This document shows, piece by piece, positions 9,320-17,261 of a DNA stretch of 64,000 bases. A program made the translations under genes and the position numbers. Under the pieces are notes generated by a model, which was not told the origin of the DNA, did no database searches, and saw only the letters and a program-made list of their open reading frames with translations. The stretch's first letter is position 1. The number at the start of each line of letters is the position of its first letter. Source of the stretch: Candidatus Multivoradales bacterium (GTDB taxonomy: Bacteria > Acidobacteriota > Thermoanaerobaculia > Multivoradales > JAHEKO01); the NCBI GenBank assembly GCA_965223155.1, contig CBDCVR010000013.1:896001-960000 (forward strand), in the 5' to 3' direction.

Positions 9320-10003
9320 TCAACAGCCCAGCGCCATCTCGATGGTGACCGTCTGGACAGGAAGCCAAGCGCCCGATTCCCAACGCACCAGGCGCACCCG
9401 ATAGACATTCACCAAAACGGCAGCGGGATAGTCGTCGGGAGCCGTTGCCGCCGCGGCGTGATCGGCCCAGTCGTCTCCGGCAACCTCCCGCACTCGCTCC
9501 ACCAGCTCGGCCATATCGACCTCCGGGAAACGGCGCGCTTGCTCTGGGCTCAGCGCAGGCAACACGAATCGTCCCTCGTCTTGCTCGAGCGTCCGCCACT
9601 CGGACGTGAAGTGCTTCCAATCCGTGAGGTCGATGTGCGGGCCCTCACCGAGTATCGAGACAGTCGTCTCATACTGCCACTCCAGTCGAAACTCGCCGAG
9701 ACAGTCCTCTTCGTCCGCGATGAGGATCTCCCATCCTGCAACGTCCGCCATCCCGACGGAGACGTACGCTTCGGCATCGGGCGGAATCATGAACGCCTCT
9801 TCGGGATTGTCGATGTAGCCGGTGCTCAACGATTCCGGATCCGGCTCGAGCTTCAGACTCGGTTGGCACTCAGAAGTCGCCATTCCGGCACTTGCGGTGC
9901 CCATCACGAGCAAGGCAAGAACGGTGCTCGCCAGACGTGGCAGTCGCGAATCGCGCCCACAGCCCTCCTTGGTTGCTACCTCCGAGCGGTTTACTCCATA
10001 CAT
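9320..10003 (-). CDS. Hypothetical exported acidic protein
   Basis: Hydrophobic signal-like segment followed by an acidic domain (QYETTVSILGEGPHIDLTDWKHFTSEW), C-terminal GC. Start uncertain (10003 or 10036). Confidence 0.7.
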   Translation of the reverse strand: MYGVNRSEVATKEGCGRDSRLPRLASTVLALLVMGTASAGMATSECQPSLKLEPDPESLSTGYIDNPEEAFMIPPDAEAYVSVGMADVAGWEILIADEEDCLGEFRLEWQYETTVSILGEGPHIDLTDWKHFTSEWRTLEQDEGRFVLPALSPEQARRFPEVDMAELVERVREVAGDDWADHAAAATAPDDYPAAVLVNVYRVRLVRWESGAWLPVQTVTIEMALGC

Positions 10004-10211
10004 CGCTGACCTCCGTCCCATTTCGAGCCGGCTCAACTTGCATCGCAGGCGCCCTCACTCAGGAGCGAGCTGGTGCAAGACGCAAACCAAGATGTCGCTA
10101 TCTCCGCGGACGAGAGCGAGACGGAACACCGGCTGGGGGGACGCAGCAGCCGGCCAGGGTTTCGCGAAGCAACGATCCTGCGAGGGATAAGTATCCTGCC
10201 ACCGAATCCAT

Positions 10212-10229
10212 ACGTTTCCGCGGAAACGT
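10212..10229. repeat. 18-bp perfect palindrome ACGTTTCCGCGGAAACGT, copy just downstream of the HNH gene
   Basis: Identical copy inside the gene at 10773-10790, where it encodes (N)VSAET. Confidence 0.85.
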
Positions 10230-10233
10230 TTCC

Positions 10234-11634
10234 TTACGCCGAGTTGACCGCTCCTTCCGAACCCTCGGGCTCCCGCCGCAGTGCCCGATAGGCCTGAACC
10301 GCCCAGGCGAGATCGATCGACCTGCCGTTCCAGGTCGGAAAGCCCGTCATCGCATCGACCTCGATCCCGCGCTCGGCGTTCTGAGACCGGATTGCTTCGC
10401 CGGGCCGCGCCGGCAACGGTGGCGGGGCCGGCGCTTCTTCGATCCGAAGTCCATTTGGCGTAAAGAAATCGACTGAACCGCTGCGGTGCAAGAGCACCTT
10501 GAAGCCCTCTTCGTGGACGGCTCGATGGTGGCGGCGGCAGAGGAGAACCAGGTTGTCGAGGCGTGTGGCGCCGCCGTCGGCCCAATGTTTGACATGGTGG
10601 GCGTCGCAAATCCTGACGCCACAACCAGGGAAGCGACAGCCTCGGTCCCGAAAACGTAGAGCTCGGCGGACAGCGGGAGGCACGGTGCGCGTTTTCCGCC
10701 CGACGTCGAGGGTCGAACCGTCACGAGCGTGGCGCATGTCCCCCTTCGAAGCATCGCAGGCGAGACGGCGGGACGTTTCCGCGGAAACGTTCGTGCCGCC
10801 CTCGACAACCGCGTGGCCGGAGTCCGAGCGATCCGCCAAGGCCTCGGCGTCAACGTGCACGACCACCTGGTGGTGGTCACCGCCGGTCGTCGCGTCGGCG
10901 CCGCCCAGCCCGCGACCGAGCGCGGCTTCGGCAACCAGGCCAAAGGCGTCGGCACGCCGCCTCTCGGCACCGCGCTCGCCTTCCTCGACCGTCGCGGCGT
11001 CCTCAGCCTCTGAGTCCGAGCGATAGAGCTTGTCCTCGGCGGCTTCGAGCGCCTTCAAGAACATCGCCCCGGCTTCCGGTTCGAGCCGAGCGCGGACCAC
11101 CCGCATGCCGTCTTCGTCGGTGTAGGCGCGCACGTACCGCTGGCTCCGCCGACGCTTGGAGACTTCCGCCTCCTCCAGCCGGTCCATGCGGCGCCAGGCA
11201 CGAATCAGTCGTTCGACGTGCGAGGCCGTACCCGCTCGGGCAAAGGTTAAGAGCTCCGCCTCATTCTCGGTGGTGGCAACACGCGTCAGGGCGCGCACCT
11301 TCGAGTACGAGATCTCGCCGCGCTCCATCGCCGCACCGATCTTCGGGAGATTCCCGAGGGCCCGCGCCACCCGGACCTTTTCGCGAGCCGCACCCAGGTC
11401 CAGGCCCGTACGCCATGAGAGCCAGTGCGCACAGGAACGAGCACCCTTGGCGTGCCAACCCTCGCGCCGGTCGAACTCCCGAATCAGAGTGAGTACGCGA
11501 TACGTGGCGGCCTGAATCTGAGCCGAGAGCTCGGCGATCCGATCCCCTATCTGGTCGAGATCGCCCGCGGCCTCGAACGGTTCGTCTGCGGAACTGGCGG
11601 TGACTCGTTGCGGTGCGGAAGCGGCGAAGTTCAT
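10234..11634 (-). CDS. DUF222 (13E12 repeat family) HNH endonuclease
   Basis: SCAHWLSWRTGL, GEISYSKVRA, RRADA, RRLACD, DVGRKTR, RDRGCRFPGC, DAHHVKHWADGGATRLDNLVLLCRRHH. Confidence 0.95.
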   Translation of the reverse strand: MNFAASAPQRVTASSADEPFEAAGDLDQIGDRIAELSAQIQAATYRVLTLIREFDRREGWHAKGARSCAHWLSWRTGLDLGAAREKVRVARALGNLPKIGAAMERGEISYSKVRALTRVATTENEAELLTFARAGTASHVERLIRAWRRMDRLEEAEVSKRRRSQRYVRAYTDEDGMRVVRARLEPEAGAMFLKALEAAEDKLYRSDSEAEDAATVEEGERGAERRRADAFGLVAEAALGRGLGGADATTGGDHHQVVVHVDAEALADRSDSGHAVVEGGTNVSAETSRRLACDASKGDMRHARDGSTLDVGRKTRTVPPAVRRALRFRDRGCRFPGCGVRICDAHHVKHWADGGATRLDNLVLLCRRHHRAVHEEGFKVLLHRSGSVDFFTPNGLRIEEAPAPPPLPARPGEAIRSQNAERGIEVDAMTGFPTWNGRSIDLAWAVQAYRALRREPEGSEGAVNSA

Positions 11635-11640
11635 TGACTG

Positions 11641-11669
11641 AATTTACGCTTTATTTGCGCCATTGTCAA
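11641..11669 (-). promoter_or_regulatory. sigma70-type promoter for the HNH gene, probably giving a leaderless mRNA
   Basis: Minus strand reads TTGACA-17 nt (atggcgcaaataaagcg)-TAAATT-cagtca-ATG; no room for a Shine-Dalgarno sequence. Confidence 0.75.
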
Positions 11670-11760
11670 GGCAAGCCTGCCTCCCAGATCAAGCCTGCGT
11701 CGAGCAGAAAATCCAAGCAGCTATTGGCGTCTACGAAAACGGTGGTACCCGGGACCCCCA

Positions 11761-12429
11761 GCTAGCCACTGTGCGTTCTGCGCCGAACGAAAGACTGCCT
11801 TGTCTCCGTATGGCCTGGCCGGCGAGCACGACGCCTCCCCCGACTCGCCTCTGGAGGCGACTGCCATCGATGCCGTGCACCGAGTCGTCACCGACCAGAC
11901 GCGCATTACGAAGTCCTGGATCCAGGAGAACTCGGAGAGTGGCCTTGCGGAGGGGAAGTACGTCGAGCTGGTCGGCGTGGCCGTCTGCGTCTTCGGTATC
12001 GACGAGTTTTGCCGTTCGCTCGGATTGCCGCTCGAGCCCTTGCCCGCGGCGATCGACGGCCAACCAACCGAATACGTGCCGGCCGGTCTGGAAAGCGAGA
12101 CAGCCATAGTGTCGGTGATCGGCGCCGACAAGCTCGGACCGGCGGAAAGCGACCTATGGCCGCCAAACGAAACGGCCAATGTCATTCGCGCGCTCAGCCT
12201 GGTGCCCGACGCGGTCAGGGAATGGGTTGCCCTGAGTGAGGCGCAGTATCTGGCGGCCCACGATGTGGGCAACCCCGCCGCCGACACGAATCGCGCGCTC
12301 AACCGCATGCAGATGGAACTTGTCGCGGGGCGCGTGTCTTCGTCGAATGAGTGCTTCTACTGAACCGCCTCGCACGCAACGCTGCTCCGTGCGAGCGCGC
12401 AAATCCACGACACCGTCGCCGACCTCCAG
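11761..12429 (+). pseudogene. Diverged internal fragment (second copy) of the AhpD-like selenoprotein gene, truncated at both ends
   Basis: Colinear with 6540-7208 (offset 5221). Starts at ASHCAFC with no proper start, keeps TGA 12361-12363 and the hairpin at 12369-12395; homology stops after DLQ. Confidence 0.88.
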
Positions 12430-12594
12430 TACCCCGAGACAGATCACTCCTGTTTCGGCGTAGCAGTGTCGCTGGAGTTAGATCAGAGCTCTACCAAGAA
12501 ACTAAGATTCTTGTCAGAAACGCCCCTGTTCCGGAAATTAGATAGGTAGAGCTACCCAAACTTCCTTGGAGTAGATGAGGCAAGAGGAGCGAGA

Positions 12595-13407
12595 ATGCGA
12601 GTGACAAGAAATCTAAAGAAGAGTACTGCGAGTATCGCTGCACTGTGTGCAGTTCTATCCCCCGCAGCCGCCACCGCGCAGTCCACAGGACCCCGCACTC
12701 AGTTTGGCGCCGAAAGTTTCCACGAGAACCACAGTGCCACGGCGACATCCTTGACGACTTCGCGCGGCTTCTCCGTGGTCGTCGTCGAAGCACACGAGCA
12801 CGTTGGCGAAAAGCTATTCAACGACGCCATTCGAGTGAGCGTCAGCAGCCCCTGGGGAGAGCACTTCGAGGCCTACTTCGTAGATCACAGGAGCTTCAAG
12901 AGAATCCGAATCGTCGGAGTGGGAGAGTACAAGTTCTACCCCGGTCCAGAGGCGGGCCCTCTCACAACACCCATGGACTTCGTCTCGATCGAGACAGCTC
13001 AAGGTGTTCGAGGAGAGCACGTCGGCAACCGTGTAGAACGAGTGACCCATGGCCTGGAAACGATCGACAACATCGACCTGTACCAGGACATGGCGCTCGA
13101 GATCCACAAGAGCTTCTCGCCAGAATTCCTTGAGGGTCTTAGAGAGCTCAGCCGTCCCAGCCTCGTGCCGGCAGGCTGCAGTCTCGAGATACTGGAATGT
13201 TCTCTCGCGGTGATAGGGTGGATTGGAAGCGTAGCCGCTTTCGGACCGGCCTGTGTATATGGACTGACTCTGGGGTGTATCGCCGCGATCCTTGTCCATG
13301 AAGCTGCCAACGGCAGCGTCATCATCGCTTGCGGCAAAGCCGGCGCCTGCCTACAGGCAGAACAAGAGGAGGCTCAGCATCCCCGGACCAATCCGGACTG
13401 CGGATAG
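12595..13407 (+). CDS. Secreted precursor with a C-terminal hydrophobic 6-Cys domain (halocin C8/bacteriocin-like)
   Basis: GAGGAG RBS; Sec signal (...SPAAATA|Q); C-terminal region GCSLEILECSLAVIGWIGSVAAFGPACVYGLTLGCIAAILVHEAANGSVIIACGKAGACLQ; lower GC than the flanks. The CDS is solid, the function is inferred. Confidence 0.6.
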   Translation: MRVTRNLKKSTASIAALCAVLSPAAATAQSTGPRTQFGAESFHENHSATATSLTTSRGFSVVVVEAHEHVGEKLFNDAIRVSVSSPWGEHFEAYFVDHRSFKRIRIVGVGEYKFYPGPEAGPLTTPMDFVSIETAQGVRGEHVGNRVERVTHGLETIDNIDLYQDMALEIHKSFSPEFLEGLRELSRPSLVPAGCSLEILECSLAVIGWIGSVAAFGPACVYGLTLGCIAAILVHEAANGSVIIACGKAGACLQAEQEEAQHPRTNPDCG

Positions 13408-13431
13408 AGTCAATCCTCTGAGGAGCGCGTC

Positions 13432-13734
13432 GTGGATTCAACACCTTGGCTCATCGCTCAACTCGTCATTGGCAACGTACTCTTGCTGATCATGCTCGGG
13501 TCCATGCGCGTCGGAGATCTCGAGAGGCAGGGAAAGAGGCTTCCCGCAATCGGGATGTTCGTCGCGTGTCTTTCCCTCTTTCTGTTGGCCGGAATCGCAC
13601 TCGCCCGGAACCTGGGTACGTGGTCCGAAACGCAAGTGGTCTTGAGCGCACTAGGCTTCGGCGCCCTATCGGCACTTACGATTCTGGCTGGCGTGCGGGT
13701 GTGGCGGTTTCCTTCTTCTCGGCACGGCGCATGA
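13432..13734 (+). CDS. Small 3-TM membrane protein, putative immunity partner
   Basis: GAGGAG RBS before GTG; three hydrophobic segments in 100 aa; starts 24 nt after the precursor gene. Confidence 0.65.
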   Translation: MDSTPWLIAQLVIGNVLLLIMLGSMRVGDLERQGKRLPAIGMFVACLSLFLLAGIALARNLGTWSETQVVLSALGFGALSALTILAGVRVWRFPSSRHGA

Positions 13735-13736
13735 CC

Positions 13737-13776
13737 GAATAGCCGAACCGTCGAAAAGGCGACGAAAGGCTATTCG
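13737..13776. terminator. Hairpin immediately after the two-gene unit (possible terminator or processing site)
   Basis: CGAATAGCC...GGCTATTCG outer stem with inner CGTCG/CGACG; no U-tract. Confidence 0.4.
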
Positions 13777-13921
13777 AGGCCGACGTCAAGCGAGGCGTCC
13801 GGTGTAGGTAGCGGCTGCTTGCACGAAGTGCCAGGCACGTCCAAATGAGGGACCGTTGGCGAGAGACCGTCGCGGCCGGCAGGATTGCGAGGAATAGGTA
13901 TCCTTCTATGAGTCGGTCGGT

Positions 13922-14160
13922 TGGCGTCAAGAGTTTCGTTTCTTCTTTTTGTAGTTTTCCTTAGGTTTGGATCGAGGCTTGGGACGAGCTTCTATTCGCA
14001 CTCTGTAGGGTTCTTCTTTGAACCGGTGCATGGTGAGTTTTGCGTCCGTTTAGGAATCGATGCTCCCATCTGTCACACGGTGTCGGGGCCACCAAGGATA
14101 CTTTCGGAGTCATCGAACCTCTCAATCCGTCCTTGCTTGTTGGTCGTCTAGTTATCTCTT
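13922..14160 (-). ncRNA. Putative seekRNA/bridge RNA of the IS1111-type element
   Basis: Two stem/internal-loop modules. The one at 14061-14112 carries GUAUCCUU and GUGACAGA, matching the two strands of the reconstructed target GTATCCTTCTGTCAC. RNA ends are approximate. Confidence 0.78.
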
Positions 14161-15174
14161 CTACGCTGCCTTGGGAAAGGCTCGGAAGCTCTCACCTGTC
14201 ACCCACAGCCTGTGGAGCAACACCGCGATCTTCCTAGCTAGCGCGACCACGGCCTTGCCCTTACCCAGCCTCTCGACCAGGCCCTCAGCCCATCTCTTGA
14301 GTGACGACTCTTTGCGACAGTTCAACGCCGCATGAGCTGCCTGCACCAAGAGTCTGCGCATCTCCGAGTCGCCCTCGCGAGTGATCCGGCCCCTGACCTC
14401 ATGCCCTCCTGAGCTGCGAAGCGACGGTCTCAAGCCCAGACACGCTCCGACGTCGCGGCTTTTCTCGAACCGATCCGGACGATCCATCCAGCCGACGAAC
14501 GCAAGGCTCACCAGAGGCCCCACACCAGGAACCGTCTGCAGCCGACGGACCAGCTCGTTTGATCTCGACTCGGAGATGAGGTCGTCTTCGAGATGGTGGA
14601 TCCGATCGGTCAGCTCGCCGATTGTCGTTACCAGAGGTTCGAGCGCTCCCAACAGGCCGGCTTCGACCGACATCGACGCGTACCGAGCCACGAAGCTCTT
14701 CGCCGGACATGAGGGCACTCGGTAGCCCTGTGCCCGCAGCGTTCCGCGTACGGAGTTGATCAGCGAGGTCCTGGTCTTCACCAGACTCGTTCGGACCCGA
14801 AGACGCGTCCGAAGCTCTTGGGCCTCACCTGTGCGCTGGTAGACTGGTCGAAGCAAACCCAGATCCAACCGGCTCAAACGAGCCAGGATCTCGGCGTCGA
14901 TTCCGTCCGTCTTCAGGGTCGATTCCGCGATCAGACGTACCCGGCGTGGATTGACCACCATCACCTCATGGCCGAGCTCAGACAGCAGTCGATAGACCCA
15001 GGGTGTGACCGGACCGCTCTCGAGCGTCACCTGCGAGCGTTCCCGATTGGCGAAGAACCTTCGCAGGCCCGTCTCGGTCGTCGGAACCCGCCGGCGAACC
15101 GTCACCTCACCGTCTTCTGATACGCCACACACCTCGCTGTACTTCGAGTGAACATCGATGCCAAGATACTCCAT
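14161..15174 (-). CDS. IS110-family DEDD transposase/recombinase
   Basis: YLGIDVH, TLESG, KTDGIDA (DEDD RuvC-like domain); TVPGVG, GLRP..RSSGG (Ser), GRITREG, VALARK; GAAAGGAG RBS. Confidence 0.97.
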   Translation of the reverse strand: MEYLGIDVHSKYSEVCGVSEDGEVTVRRRVPTTETGLRRFFANRERSQVTLESGPVTPWVYRLLSELGHEVMVVNPRRVRLIAESTLKTDGIDAEILARLSRLDLGLLRPVYQRTGEAQELRTRLRVRTSLVKTRTSLINSVRGTLRAQGYRVPSCPAKSFVARYASMSVEAGLLGALEPLVTTIGELTDRIHHLEDDLISESRSNELVRRLQTVPGVGPLVSLAFVGWMDRPDRFEKSRDVGACLGLRPSLRSSGGHEVRGRITREGDSEMRRLLVQAAHAALNCRKESSLKRWAEGLVERLGKGKAVVALARKIAVLLHRLWVTGESFRAFPKAA

Positions 15175-15520
15175 GGTCGGTCTCCTTTCTCGGCTCTGAT
15201 GCCGATTCTTGGTTATCTCCAACTGGCACAGTGTCCCAGCTGGAGACCGACCGACTCATCTCATCTGTCACCGCTTCGACCGTTTCGACAGCTCGGAGCT
15301 TCGCGGCACCGTCAATCCACCACCGGCCAGCCGGGTCGGCCCGTTCAGGCCAGTGTTCTGCTCCACGAGCCTACGGCCCCTCCCTTCTAAGGCTTCCACC
15401 CTGAATCTGCCGCTGAACTGTCGGGACAACGGGGTCTGCTTCTAAAATCCCGCTACCATGCCGACCATCGCCGTAACTCCTGGCATCTCGATTCGCCGCT
15501 CCCCGTAGGTCGAGGAGAAA

Positions 15521-16045
15521 CTACACGAACCGCAGTCGCACATTAAACTCCTCCCAGAGTCTCCGAACGATCTCCTCTTCACAACTACCGGACCTTACGT
15601 CTGCCACGACACGGCCCTTGCTCTCGTCCTGAAAAAGCAGCAATACGAACTCAAAATCGCCGCTCAATGTATGGACGATTGACTGCCCAATCCCTTGCTT
15701 GATTGTCGAACCATAAGGGCTCTTCTTGTACTCGACCGCAACACGATAAGGGTGCGTGAGGATGAAGTCCGGGTAGTTGCGAGAACCAAATACCGGCCGC
15801 CGCTCCCGCCCGTAGACTCCCTCTTGCCCCTCCCAGTAGAAGGATGCATGAGCTTTGGCAATTGAATCCTTGTAACCAAGCTCCGAGAAGTACATCTCTA
15901 GGTATCGCACGATCAGAGGCCGGATCTCCGTCTGCACAGCGGACTCGGACTTCTTCGCGGTTTTCCTTCTGAACTGCGGATGCTTGACAATCGCAGTCAC
16001 GAGACCGTCGAGGAATTCGGTGGCTTTCTTGGTCTTCTTTCTCAC
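15521..16045 (-). CDS. Putative PD-(D/E)xK restriction-endonuclease-fold protein
   Basis: SESAVQ...NYPDFIL...VAVEYKK...KQGIGQ; low GC; starts 3 nt after the fbaB stop. Confidence 0.65.
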   Translation of the reverse strand: MRKKTKKATEFLDGLVTAIVKHPQFRRKTAKKSESAVQTEIRPLIVRYLEMYFSELGYKDSIAKAHASFYWEGQEGVYGRERRPVFGSRNYPDFILTHPYRVAVEYKKSPYGSTIKQGIGQSIVHTLSGDFEFVLLLFQDESKGRVVADVRSGSCEEEIVRRLWEEFNVRLRFV

Positions 16046-16048
16046 CCC

Positions 16049-17128
<1,080 letters not shown>

Positions 17129-17261
17129 CACGAGACTCCTTCTGGTTTCTTTCTGCTCTGGCAGTCTTCTTGGACTGGTTTCTGGTGGTTTCGCGGGAGA
17201 TCCAGGATATCTCACCCGGGGTCTCCTCCTCGCGACAGAAAGGCCCGTTGCCGATCCCCAA

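Larger units (their letters stand above)
13905..15266 (-). mobile_element. Complete IS110-family, IS1111-type insertion sequence (~1.36 kb)
   Basis: Perfect 14-bp sub-terminal inverted repeats (ATGAGTCGGTCGGT 13908-13921; ACCGACCGACTCAT 15246-15259). TCT at both junctions, 7 nt beyond the left IR and 3 nt beyond the right IR. TTGACG -35 box inside the right end; ~240-nt non-coding region 3' of the transposase. Confidence 0.9.

Noticed and set aside
9311-9325. Gene ending ...GC-TGA as another possible Sec site
   Set aside because: A second in-frame TGA follows two codons later, and there is no recognisable redox motif or downstream domain.
7515-11700. Possible integron cassette array (co-oriented unrelated genes, isolated GTTRRRY-like words)
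   Set aside because: No paired RYYYAAC...GTTRRRY attC structures between the genes and no IntI integrase in the window.
13737-13830. Resemblance to a c-di-GMP-I riboswitch (GAAA loop, GACG-AAAG, GGTAGCGG)
   Set aside because: The GGCAAA/GACGCAAAGC and CCTAA consensus elements are not properly matched, a simpler hairpin explains the sequence, and no gene follows in that orientation. An Infernal search would settle it.
15458-15508. Short MPTIAVTPGISIRRSP* ORF that resembles a gene start
   Set aside because: Only 16 codons; too short to assign, at most a remnant.
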